The notes beneath the pieces were generated by a model. The model did not search any database. It saw only the letters and a program-made list of their open reading frames with translations, and had not been told where the DNA came from. A stretch of 64,000 bases of DNA from NCBI GenBank assembly GCA_001179505.1, contig CDMY01000117.1:62001-126000 (forward strand), read 5' to 3'. The translations under genes were made by a program, and so were the position numbers. The stretch is from Vitrella brassicaformis CCMP3155. Taxonomy: Eukaryota > Protista > Chromerida. Position 1 is the stretch's first letter. Every line of letters begins with the position of its first letter. This document shows, piece after piece, positions 11,959 through 24,572 of this stretch.

Positions 11959-12627
11959 TCAGTCTTCTCCCAGCGCTGCTTCGATAACAGGACGGCTGCG
12001 CAACTTCCGCTCCGCCTTCACGTGCTCAACAAGTCTTCGATGCTCGTCCTGCTTCACCTGACATGATAGGCACCAAATGATTCGTCACCAGAGACACACA
12101 AGCTGGAAGCAGCCTCACCTTTTTCTCGACTGCCTTGCCGCACTCTGGGTCATATTCTGGCGTCACGGTTTCTGGTAGTCGGAAGAGAATGGGCGCAGAC
12201 GGCTGACACACACACACACACACACGCAGCCTGTATGTGTCTGTATGTGTGTTGCATGTCTCACGCCTTCGTCGAACAGGGGCTGGCCAATCGCTGAACA
12301 ATTGCATGATGGAGGGTGACTACCCAGTGCATGTCTCGTCTCAGCTGTATGTGTGTGTCTCCCCCATTTCTTACCTCGTTTCTTTATCACTTTCTTCTTG
12401 AGCGCCTCCTGCTGAGGCGCTTCGTGTGGCGGCGAGGGATAGCGGACGATCGGTGAGCGACGGCGGCCGAACTTCTTGTCTGCCAGCTGCTGCAGGTCAG
12501 GTGCGGCGAGTGCAGGAAGCGGCTCACTTTGAATCGGTCCATCGCTGGCCACCACAGGCAGAGTGGCATCGGCGGAAGACGACAGGAGCACGAGGGCAGC
12601 CACGAGCACAGCAGCCGAGTAACCCAT
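11959..12627 (-). CDS. Small putative secreted hypothetical protein (~4 exons)
   Basis: Signal peptide MGYSAAVLVAALVLLSSSADA; later exons ..PLFDEG|..ETVTPEYDPECGKAVEKK|VKQDEHRRLVEHVKAERKLRSRPVIEAALGED*. Confidence 0.65.
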
Positions 12628-13263
12628 CTCGTCACTCTCCCTTTTTGGTTGCCTCTATCTGGTGCGTGTCAACGTGTACGTATGTGCCAACGATGTCTGT
12701 ACGTTTCTGTGTGCAGTACATATTTGCAAGCGATTGGATTGCCGACTGACTGATCATGATAAGCCCTTACTCAACAGCCATCGATGAGTGCATCATTTTC
12801 GGGCCATCGCAACATCCAGTTCCCACGAAACACCACACCACACGCAGCCAGCAAGACATGCACCACATGAGCGTGTGAGTACTCACCAGCATATCCACGC
12901 TTGCAGGCAGGCAGGCAGGCAGGCAGGCAAGTAAATCCACGGCAGCAGCCAGCCACTCACGCCCATCTTTACGCAGCCACCCAAACAGACAGACAGACAG
13001 ACAGACCATCACCACGCCAGCCATGTCAGCCGAGAAACACTATCCATACATAAACACACCCAAACAGGGCGACTGACGATGTGTCAGTCACCCGAGCAAT
13101 CGCAGCACAGACCACACCATCACACCATCGTCATGCAAGTAGGTAAGGCTATACACAGGCAGGGCAGCCTCTCAAGCGACAAACACACCACACATTGGCA
13201 TACATACACTCACGCATTGCATTGCATATCTATCAGCCATCCCTCAGCCACTCACTCATTTGT

Positions 13264-14944
13264 CTATGAGTGCCCTCCGGCCGTGGCCACCACCTGCTGC
13301 CTTGCCTGGGCGCGAGTGGACATCGGCACGCCGCACGCCGTGTGCACGGGCGGGACGGGAAGGACGGGTGCAGGAGGGGCGGCTGCAGACCGGTACGGAG
13401 GCGACTTCCCGCCACCCGAATGGAGCACAGGCCTGCACGAGCGATACACAGACAACAGACTTAGACGCAGGAAGGCAGCACTGGCGTGTTGTTGTGGCCT
13501 GTCTGTTACCTGTTGAGTTTGCGCTTCTTGCTGGCGAGAAATAGAGACAGCGGCAGGGAGTCCGTGACGGAGCTCTTGCGCGCCAGCCTCCTCTTGCCAT
13601 CGCCCCCCTGCCGCCCATCCCCCTGCCCCGCTGCCAGCAGGTCGGCATGCTCGTCCTTCGGGTAGAGCTCGCAGCCGTCTGGAAGGGACATGTTGCTGAG
13701 GACGAAGGCCGCCTGGATATCCTCCTCGGTGGTGCCGCGGTACAGGCCGCGCGATCCTCCTGGTGGCTTCTTCTGCAACACCAACGTCACCTTGCCTCGG
13801 GAGACGGTGAGCTCGCCTCGCTGCTGCTGGTGCTGCTGCTGCTGCTGGTGCTGGGGGTGTAGGTGGACGGCCTCGTCCTCGTCGGTCTGCATGGACGTGA
13901 CGGTTGGGGTGATGTCCTCGACGGCCTCGGCCTCGAGGCGCTCGATCTCCTTGTGCTCCTCCTTCCTCTCACGCATGTATCCACTCTCCAGGACGGCCGT
14001 GCTGCACACATACCGACACCATCGACTCGACAAGGACATGAATGATGCAGTCACATCATTGCTGTGCAGTGCGTATGAGGTGGCGGCCGGGCCGCAGAGC
14101 ACCTCTTGCGGAAGCGGGAGGGCATCTTGACTTTGCGAGGCTGCCTCGGCTCGGCAGGATTGATGACGTTGACGTTGCGCTTCCGCGTCACGACCTCAAA
14201 GTCATCTGAGATACACACACCCACATATTGATGACGCGAGCACGGTACTCTTGGCCGAGTGTGACGTGTGTGTAAACTTTACTTACAGGGGTATGGTGTG
14301 GAGAAAAACCCAAGTCTGCTGAATTCGTACCAAGAAGACAGTAAGCCCTGAGTGTCACTGCCAAACTGAAGCATACACGCACGACCCATTGCCGCTGCCA
14401 CACAATAGCTGCGATGCTCCCCGCCTCCCCTTCCCGTGGCTCCTCCCTCACCGTCTCCTTGAGCGATGTCGCGAGTGCGCTATCGAATGACGCCATCGAC
14501 GACAAGATGCCGGGCGCCGTCAAACTCCGACCATCGTCACTAGGAGCAGCAGCGGCACCACCGCTACCGGCGTCCCCGCCGGCACTGGCGCTAGTACTGG
14601 CGGCCCACACGCCTCGCTTGGGGCTGCCAGCCGACTTATCCCGTGCCAGCTCTGCCAGCAGGGCCTTCTCTTCGAAATTGAGAGTAGGCGTCGGTCGGCC
14701 GAGGGCCGCCAGAAGGGAGCGCACCTTGGCGGGAAGGCGTCTTCGCTTCTGGTGGTGATTCACTATGCCCTGCAGACCAGCCCTATCCTGCACGATGGAT
14801 GCCACAAAGACAACCACACCCATCCGCTGCTGGTACGTGATCCGTCTCGGGCTGCCCTGCCTCCCTCACCTGGCGCAGCAGACGGCGCTCTGTGGCGGCA
14901 TCGAAAGACACGCTCCGGTGACGTGCCCTACTATCAGACGACAT
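13264..14944 (-). CDS. Multi-exon hypothetical protein
   Basis: Exons MSSDSRARHRSVSFDAATERRLLRQ|GIVNHHQKRRRL...|DDFEVVTRKRNVNVINP...|TAVLESGYMRERKEE...KKRKLN|..GGHS* with GT-AG boundaries. Start uncertain; no domain recognised. Confidence 0.55.
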
Positions 14945-15386
14945 CTGACACACACAAACGTGATGAGAGCACCACGGTGAATGCCCAACCAGTGCGCGTG
15001 GTTGCGTGGAACGACGGGATGTGGGCTGTGCGGGAGAGATGCCGGTGTGCACATCTTGTCCTTACTATCAGCATCAGCTGGCGTGGACGTCAGTGCTGCA
15101 GCCAGGAGGAGCCCGGTGGCATGGAGATTGCCGAACACTGCAGCAGGCCTCAGCGCACTCGCCGTGCAGACAGGTCACTCAAAATGATTGCAGAGCGCTG
15201 GTGCCTCGCGTCCTGCCCTGTCTATCTGCATCCTCCCCCTGCCTCAGCACGTGCAGCTGCAAGGCTTCCAAACCGGGCTCACAACGCGAGCTTGAAATTG
15301 CTGCGCGCTTGCCTTTTCCAGCAGCGCCATCCCTCCTTTTGCCTTGCAGCCTTTCTGCCTTTTTGCTGACCTTGCTTCTAGTCACC

Positions 15387-17747
15387 ATGTCAGTCTTCTG
15401 CTCATGGCCAAGGTGGCTGGTTCTTGCTTGCGCGACGGTGGTGCAGCTGTCGCAGGGTCTCCAGCGCCTCAGCAGGACGGCGTTCATGCCTCCCCTTCAC
15501 GCCATGCAGCCAGGGAGGATCTCGGCTAACATGCATCGGAGGAGCCCGCACTGGCGGATGGCAGCACCTGCTGCCGTGGCAGAAAAAACAGTCGAGGAGA
15601 CCACGGTCAAGAGGCGGGCAGACATACGCAACATCGCCAGTAGGCCAACGAGCCATGCACGCCACGCCCTGCTGACGTGACGCATGCTACATCTGCCTGT
15701 GTGTGCGGTTTGTGTCTGAGTGCAGTCATCGCGCATGTAGATCACGGCAAGACGACACTGGTGGATGCGATGCTCCAGCAGGCGGCTGTCTTCCGCGAGG
15801 GCCAGCAAATGCAGGAGCGCGTCATGGACAGCAATGACCAGGAGCGAGAGAGGGGGATCACCATTCTGGCCAAGAACACGGCCATCAACTACAAGGGCAC
15901 CAAGATCAACCTCGTCGACACGCCAGGCCATGCAGACTTCGGGGGCGAGGTCGAGCGGATCATGAATATGGTGGATGGCGTTCTGCTGGTGGTCGACAGC
16001 GTGGAGGGGCCAAAGCCGCAGACACGGTTCGTGCTCAAGAAGGCACTGGAGGCGGGGTGCGAGGCAGTGGTGGTGGTCAACAAGTGCGATCGGCCAGCGG
16101 CGCGCCCGGAGGTGGTGATTGAGAGGACCTTCGACTTGTTCCTGGACCTGGATGCGTCCGAGGAGCAGCTGGAGTTCCAGGCCATCTACGCGTCGGCACT
16201 TAAAGGCCAGTCTGGGTGGGAGCCTGACCAGCTGCAGGACAACATGGAGTGTCTCTTTGAGGCCATCCTCAAGCTGCCGGGCCCGGTGGTCGTGGAGGGC
16301 AACCCACTGCAGATGATGATCGCTAATGTCGACTACGGTACACTCACACGCCGCCGCCACACCACTCGCGGCCCGCTGATGTGTGTGTGTCATTTGTGTG
16401 GCCCATGCAGACACGTACAAGGGACGGCTGGCGATCGGTCGCCTGCAGGCTGGCTCTCTCAAGCCTTCAATGGGTGTGGGCCTGGCGCGGCCAGGGGAGG
16501 CAGTGCGTCGCGGGAGCATCTCTGAGCTCTTCATGTTCAACAACCTCGGCAGAACCGCTGTCGAGGAGGCGACAGCAGGTGAGAGGGCGGGGCACACACA
16601 GATAACCGACGAGGGCAACCAAACACACGTCATGTGTTTTGGTGCGTTGTGCAGGTGATATTGTGATGTTTTCGGGTCTGAGTGACTTCACGATCGGCGA
16701 CACAGTGGTCGATCCAAACAACCCCCAGCCCCTCGTCCCCATCAAGGTGGAGGAGCCCACTGTTCGCATGTCGCTTGGCGTCAACAAGAGCCCGCTCGTC
16801 GGGAAGGACCCCGACGGCAAGCTTCTCACCAGCGCGCAGATCCGCGACCGACTCGTCAAGGAGCTTGACAAGAATGTGGCACTAAAAGTGGATTTTGAGG
16901 GCGGCGGGGGCGACTCGTATGAGGTCTCGGGCAGAGGGCAGATGCACCTGACCGTGCTGATCGAGAACATGCGGAGGGAGGGCTTCGAGATGACGGTCGG
17001 GCCGCCGACAGTGATCATCAAGGAGATCGACGGAGAGAAGTGCGAGCCGTGGGAGGGTGTGGAGATCACGGTGCCTGAGAATTATATGGGCGGGGTGGTG
17101 CAGGAGATGCAGGTGCGGAAATCCGAGATGGTCCAGATGCATCCGGCCAACGACGAGGGCAACGTCTGTCTCGAGTATCTCATGCCCACGCGGGCGTCCA
17201 TCGGCCTGAGGAGCCAGCTCCTCACCCTCACCAGAGGCACGGCGCTCATCGACTCGACGTTCGACTCTTATCGCAAGGTATAAGCGCCCACCACCATACA
17301 CACTCCAGACAGACAGGCATGACATCGCCATCACTTGTGTGTCTCCTCCCTTCTTTATCCGTTCATCAGCTTGCTGGCGACATCTCTCCTCGCGAGCGCG
17401 GCTCCCTCCTCGCCTCTGAGACGGGCAAGGCGACGTCCAACGGCATCCTCAACGCCCAGGTGCGGGGCAATCTGTTCGTCTCGCCCGGCACGGAGGTGTA
17501 CAAGGGCATGATCGTGGGCATGAACGCCAAGCCCGACGACCTCAAGGTCAACGTGTGCAAGGAGAAGGCCCTGACCAACGTGCGGTCGGCCACCAAGACC
17601 ATCACTGAGGGTGTCGTGCCGCCCATTGAGGTCACACTCGACTCTGCCGTCGAGTACATCGGGCCGGACGAGGTGGTCGAGGTCACTCCCAACTTTCTGC
17701 GGATGGCCAAGAGGGACACGGATGCCAAGATCGGCAAAAGGAAATAG
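15387..17747 (+). CDS. typA: Translational GTPase TypA/BipA, probably plastid-targeted (bipartite leader)
   Basis: [53 protein letters not shown] and [18 protein letters not shown] motifs. N-terminal hydrophobic signal is followed by an Arg/Ser-rich transit-like segment containing SRTAF. Confidence 0.96.
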
Positions 17748-18237
17748 CTAGACCAGTAATGCATTGGATGGATGGATGGATGCTGGCCAGTTTTGAGCCC
17801 CTCTCTTTCGAATGGAGCGGGGGCGGGGGCGGGGGGTAGGGAGAGGGCTTAGCGCTGCCTGCCTGACCGCGTGTGGATGTGTGTGTTGTGTGAGTGGTGA
17901 GTGATGCGACCGACATGTACAGACCCGACTGACTCATCTCACTGACTGAGTGTGAGAAAGACTCCCTGTGTGTATTTGTCTGACCTGTGCCATCTGAGAA
18001 CTCACTGGTTTTGGGTGTGGGGCGGGCGACGTGAGAGGGTGTGTACTAATTTTTGTCTGTCTGGTGTGCGTGTTCATGTGATGCGTGACACCGGCGGTCC
18101 CGAAGGGACTCGACATCCACATGAACCAGCCATGTCTTTCCATGTGTCCGATTAACCGTCACGAACTACAGACGAGCCCAATCCTTATCGCCTTAGGCGC
18201 AAAAGATGCCTACAGTGACATCCATACTTTCTCTGCG

Positions 18238-21200
18238 TCACCCCACCCTCCCCCCATCCCGGTCCTGCCCGTCTGTCAGGGTATCATCGCTTGACACGTC
18301 CGTCTCGTTGTTGTCTGCTTCCTCAGACCGCCGCCGCCTCGCCTCTCCCGCACGCCCACCCCCACCAGCAGCCACGGGCGACATTTCCTCCTCCGATGCG
18401 ATGGCCTCATCGCTGTGTCTCGGCTCTCCCTCGGCCATGTCCGCCTGCTTGTGTGTCTTGCCCTTGGGTCTGCGCTTTCTTCTCTCCGACTTCTTGGGGT
18501 GGGCGCGACGACAATAACGGATCACTGCACCAGTCCAGTGAATGAAGAGGGGGATGTTCGTCGGCGCGCGTCTCTGTATATCTATCTGTGTATGTGTTGT
18601 AGGCTGCATGGTTACGGTATTCGGGGTAGGCTTGGTCGGGCTCGTAGACGATGAACTCGCGATATGTCCCCTGCAGAAGACAAAGACAAGAGGACAGCGA
18701 AATGACCGGCCTGGCTTGTCCCTCTCTGCCTGGGCTGGTCTGGTCTAGCTACCTTTGCTGTCTCGCGATCACCAAGGACGCTGTGGTGCGGACCGCCCTT
18801 GACCAGCTGCACACCACACATGCAGGGACATTGAACAGAGATGTGCACATGCACTGCACTCATATGTGCACGTGACTGACCTTGTAGAGCTGCATGGGGG
18901 TCGGTCTGTCCTCGGGCGTCCAGAAAATGTGACCGAGACACACGCGACATAGCAGCATTGAATACACAGGGGGGTCGGCCTCATTGGCTGTGGCGGCACT
19001 GGTGGTGTCTCTGTCTGTGCTGGTGGCTGGTGCTGCTGTGGTGGATGTGTATTCGTCTCCTTTGGACGAGCATTCAGTGAAATAAATACCCTTGCCGTAC
19101 AGCGTCCCCGCCCCAGTGCCAGCGAGCTTGATCTGACACAACAAGACGACGCACCCAAAAGTATGTGAAGATCTTGCTCGTGTAAACAATGTTTGTGTGG
19201 GGGTGTGCGACGGACCGACTGTCCATACCATGAAGCCGCTGTCTGCGATGGCCTCTGCAGCTTCCATGGAGGTGCCGTGGAAGAGATACGTCTCGTTGAC
19301 CTCGGGCACCAACGAATGGGTCGTTGACTGCAGACAGACAGGTCGACATGCAGAAAATCAGGCATGAATCAATCAATCAAATCAGGCAAGTGTGTGCAAC
19401 ACTCACAGGGTTGACATGTTGCCAGGCGGCCATGGTGCGGATGTTGGACATCTGCAGTGCAGTGCAGTGCAATGGTGCACACACATGCACTGTACGTGGC
19501 CGGCCTGACTGACTGGCATTCGGACAACACCGGCCCACTAGCTTACTTTATAGAGCTCATCCTCCAGGGTGCGGACCTCGCGCAGCATCTAATGACGGAC
19601 GGACACAGTACAGTCAGTACACATGACCGTCGGGTCGGGGATGGACCGACCGATCGACGTCTGTGTGTTTGCTGGTCTGCCCTTATCACCTCGTATCTCT
19701 TGACGCAGTACTCCGTCCACAGCCGGGGGTTTTCGATGCGGTGGACGCTCGTCACCTGTCCACTCCACAACAAAAGATTGTTAACACACGCTTGCGCCGC
19801 GCCCTGCCGATCGAGTGAATGCCTCCCGCCCATATACCTTCAGCCACTTGGGCATTCTGCCCTCCCTGTCTCTTGTGCGTCTATCGAGGAACGTCTCGTT
19901 CATGAGATGCTGCACCAACCGACGCTCGCGATCACCCAACCTGCTCACACACATGCATGATCACGAGCAGCATGGCTGGCTTGTCTTCTTTGGATGATCA
20001 CATCTCCCCGAATGATTCGCTGACTCGAATCGTTCAGATTGCAGGTGCGCCTTTGCCTTAGCGTCTCTTGCAGAGGTGTCGCTGGTTAATGTTCTCCCTG
20101 GCACGTCTGCCTGTCCGGGACGGTCTTTGAGTGGGTTGGTCTCCCAATACGACGGCAGACGGAGATATTTCCGCTCTTTCTGCTCGCGATGAGTCGTCGC
20201 GCCGCTCGTCTGAAGGACAACAAACATTCACAGAGGCGTGTGTGTGTGTGAGTGTCTCCATACATGATGATGATATGGACTGAAAAGTCTCACGTCATGG
20301 GTCGTGTATATCTTGCGAATCCATCTCTGTTTCCTCCGCCGGATGAACCACAGCCGCACCAGCACACCGATGACCAGCAGCACAGTGGTGGGGACACTCG
20401 CGTAGATGACCAGCAGCACTACGTTGTTGCCGGACTTGGACGACTCGGCACACTTGCCAGACAGCTGCGGGCGACACAAACATCCATCGGCAGAAAGCAT
20501 CAGTCAGTCAGTCAGTATACTTGTCGACAGTATACTTGTCTGTCGACACACTGCCTGCCAGTGGGTGCGGTGTGTCTCACAATGACGAGCTGCCCATGAA
20601 CATTCCGCCACACAGGTCCCAACGGGGGCAGCGACGTGTCGAGGGGCGTCCAGAGGGCCGTCTGTCTCGCTACCGAGCCAGATCCGCTGACGATGACTCG
20701 CCACACCCCTGCACACACACGCAAAGGTCGAGATGACATTCATCTTGATGCGGACATGCACTGCACACCTGTGTATGAGTAGGTCCACTCGATGCGGACG
20801 GCGGCTCTGTCCTTGTGTGTCCACTGTGGTTTGCCCTCGATGTCTGGCGCGGCCCGCCGATAGTCCCCGCCCACCTGCCCTAAGGTGATGAAGCCAGCTG
20901 TAGTCCCCTCGGTGACTATCGATGACGCGAGCTGTACTGACGGGTCGGCTGAGGCGACCTTCAGAGCTACAGCCTCACAATCTGGGGGGATATAGAGGAA
21001 AGACAGAGGCAGCTGGACCAGTGTCGATTGGTGAGCGGTCTGCTGATCTGAGCTGACCTCCAAAGGCTGCGCCCCGAGATATCCCATCCAGATCTGGTTG
21101 ACAAAGACAGAGACGCTGACAAACATGTGCACGTCCGTTGACGTGTCAGTGAATGGCTCAATCAAGTTGTGCACCTTGATCCCATGTTGGCTCATCCTCG

Positions 21201-24200
21201 CTCGTCTCGTAGCTGTCTTTGATGCCCATGCCGTACAGCTGGCCCCTAACAACAACCTCCACCCGCCACCCCGTGCCCACACCAGCCGACAATCCAGCAC
21301 TCGGATGGCTCACAGACACCAGCAGCCCATATCTGCCCTCTGCCAGCCCCTGTGAGGGGTCCAGCGTCACCGTCAGCACCGTGCTGCCGATGGCGTCAGG
21401 CTGGCACGTGCTGGACGGAGGCCAAGTGGTGAGTGGCAAGCCTGTGGGCAGGGACAGTGATATGGGTTCGCTGCAGTCGATCTGGACGGCGATTGGCGGC
21501 CGAAGCGTGATGGACGATGGGAGAGACACCGGCACGGCCCGTGTGATATCGAATGTGATTGACGCTTTGGTGGAGGTGCTTGTTGCGCGACTCGTCGGGA
21601 CCACCTGATGGTACCATCCAAACAGCATGGTTTCATGGACAGACGCATCAAGGGACTTGATTCACTTGCTTACAGTGATTGGGAGCATTTCCTGGTCGCT
21701 CGAGAGGAGAGAATACCCCTGTGCGCTGAAGGTCGCGGCCACCAGCTGAGAGCTGAGCATAATACTCGAGACATCAGTCGCGCTCTGCCCGTCGCTGTTG
21801 TACAGCTCCATTGTCCACCCTGCCGTGTTGGCCGCACTCGGCTGCCGCACATCCACGTGAATCACATACACCTGGACAATGAATGGCATACAGGGAAGGA
21901 CGGCCAAATCGTCGTCGATCGGTTGCAGCTGAGCTGGTCAAATCCACCTGACCTGTCCATTGGTGAGCGCAGCCAGTGACTGTGTGAGGCCCTTGAGCAC
22001 AATTGTACCGCCAATCGCTTCGGTGGTGCACCTGTAGAGCGGCATGGGGCGGGGGGTGGGCACAAGGGCCGAGGGGGCCGACAGCTGCTGCGGCGGGTCG
22101 GCGTTGATGCACGCCTGGCGCGATGCAAACCTGCAGGTGGTCACGCCCTCGGGACAAAGCAAGATGAACACAGCGGTTACGTCGTCTGCACCTGCACCGA
22201 TGAAAGAGACAACACACAATCTCTCCATCCATCCATCCGTCCATCCACATCGTCTGTGTGCGGTGCTTCTCACCATTCTGTGCGCGCCTCCTCTTTCCCA
22301 GCCTTCCTGTATGGCCACTACCACCAGACAGCCGTCGAGATGGCGGCCTTGTAGCAGAGACAGTTGGACGCCAGAAGATGGACACGGCACTTTCTTCCCC
22401 CACGATAGGTGTGCTGCTGTCTACAAGCACAGGCAGCTGCCCCACATCAGCGAGAGGGCTGCTGACGTCAGCACTCTGATGCGTCAGCTGCCACGCACCC
22501 GAACTCATGGCCTCAACAGTCAAACGCCACCTCCTGCCGCCTGATAGACGTCGCGGGTTCGTAATTTGGAAGCTGAATGACCGCCATGACGACGTCCCGA
22601 GGACAGGGTACAAGCCACTGGTGCTGTCGCCGGCGAGGGGGGGAAGGTCGACAGAGAAGGGCACGAAGGATATGGCTGCCGAATTGTCCTGCTCTGTGTG
22701 TTCGGCCGCGCACGATGAGACGGCGAGTGAGGTGACACTCGGAGGCAGCGACGCGCCTTCATTTGACAAATCATTTGCCAACCTCAGCAGGTCTTCAGCC
22801 GGAGGCCCTTCACCCGCCGCTCGACAGTCTTCGTCGACAGAGTATTCATAGTGGGAGGATGGCAGCCCTAGAGACGCCTCGCGTGACGGCGCAACACCTG
22901 GTGGCGGGGTGAGTGTGACTCTCAGCGCCACGCCGTGTGTCTCGACTGCCGCTTGAGGGAGATAGATGGGATGAGACAGGCGGAAGACAACCGTGACCGT
23001 GGATGAGGTCTCTGGCGCCGTGGAATTGCCCATGATGACTGTATCGAGCAGCACTGACGACACACAACACACAGACGAATAAGTGGGACAGTTTGGTCGA
23101 CCTTTGCGGTCATCACTTCCAATGAGCGGTGGGTCTGTGAGGGCGCGATCGTTCGTGGTCAGATCTTCAAACGCGGAAGACCTGAGCTGCACACATCACA
23201 TATCAGTGCACCTTAACGTACACACATCACACCTCTCTCTGTGTCCCCGCGCCCACCCATCCACCTTGTTTCAATCAGCCAAAGGGGTGCACTGCCCTTG
23301 GCAGCGAAGGCAGGGTTCTGCACTGTCAAACGGAACCTTGCTGAGGTGTTGGCTGGCAAAGCGCCTTTTGTCTGCGTCAGGATGGTGGTGTCGCTGCAGA
23401 GGTCTGTATCGAATATGCCAGCACACGAACCGCTGCCAGCTGGGAAACCTGCGAGGGGCGTGAAGGATGCTGCGTCGATCTTGTACCCGGACGGCGACGC
23501 GACAGCCAGCCTGCGGAGGACATGGTACCAGGTACACAAGAGACTTCGTTTCCTCTTCCGCCTTTATTGTGGTTGTGGTGTCTCACCACTCGTGGGCGCC
23601 GATGTCATGTGACGAAGTCACCTCAAACGTCACCGTGTTGGCGAGGGCTGCATACCTCCCATCGCTCCGAGCAACAATCCGCGTGTCCAGCAGGGCCAAT
23701 ACAGGGAATGCCTCCGTGTCGGTGACGCCCCCTACCTCTCCCTGGTTGGCGCCGCCATACGCTCGGACCGTCCACACACTCTGCCGCATTGGCGCCGAGG
23801 GGTGGGTCAAGCCCTCCATCAGGATCACCACAGGGACGAGATATGGCACCACTGGCGTGAGGGACAGCCGCAAGGCATCTGTGCCCCTCGACAACACCGA
23901 GATGGTCGTGTCCACGGTGCCGCTCTTCAGCTGGGCCGCTGAGAGGTCAAATGAAGGCGCAATCACCTCCACCTCCGCCACGTTGTCAGGACAGAAGGCA
24001 ATCGACAATTTCGCCGACAGAGCCGACCCCACAGTCCGCTGAGCAGAGGTCCGCTCGACAGAGGGATAAACAGACCATGCAGGCACCGTCCCTCTCGCCG
24101 TGATGAGGTCCAGCCTCTCATAGTCGGGCGCCAGCACCGCTTGGAATCTGTCCTGTGTCGACGGCCGAATGAGGGGCGTCCTGGGGTTTTGCACGCACAC

Positions 24201-24572
24201 CCTTGCTGCAAAAGAGGTCAGGGGCACGTATGAGGGGTCGTTCTGGTCGTGGTAGATGGACAGCGTGTTGCTCTGGCACGTGACATCAAAGGCGGGGTAG
24301 TCCGACACGAAGCACAGACACTCCGATGTGGCAGACGAGCCCCGGTCCATTCCATTCGGAAAGACAAAGCCGCTGGGCGCTTGCAGCTGGAACACACCAA
24401 TAAAGAGGTCGTCGATGCTGACAGAGAGGCCGACCTCGATGCAGCTGCCGGCCGGGGAGGTGCTGAGGGGAGACGGCGTCACCGTGAGATCAATCTTGCT
24501 CTGGCACGACGCGGGGCGTGGATGGATCAGCAACAGCGGGGCAACCAGCACCAGGTGAAAGATTTCAGACAT
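18238..24572 (-). CDS. Type I transmembrane protein with large ectodomain and cytosolic tankyrase-like PARP/ADP-ribosyltransferase domain (~1,560 aa, 21 exons)
   Basis: All 20 GT-AG introns traced with matching phase. Features in order: signal peptide, repetitive ectodomain, TM VVLLVIYASVPTTVLLVIGVLVRLWFI+RRRKQR, then catalytic motifs NETYLFHGTS, LYGKGIYFTECSSKGDEY, MLLCRVCLG, HHSVLGDR and YREFIVYEPDQAYPEYLIRY. Alternative ATGs at 24587 and 24593. Confidence 0.85.

Noticed and set aside
18238-18609. Separate small acidic gene at the ORF-track position
   Set aside because: It splices in phase onto YPEY, giving YPEYL-IRY, so it is the last exon of the receptor-PARP.
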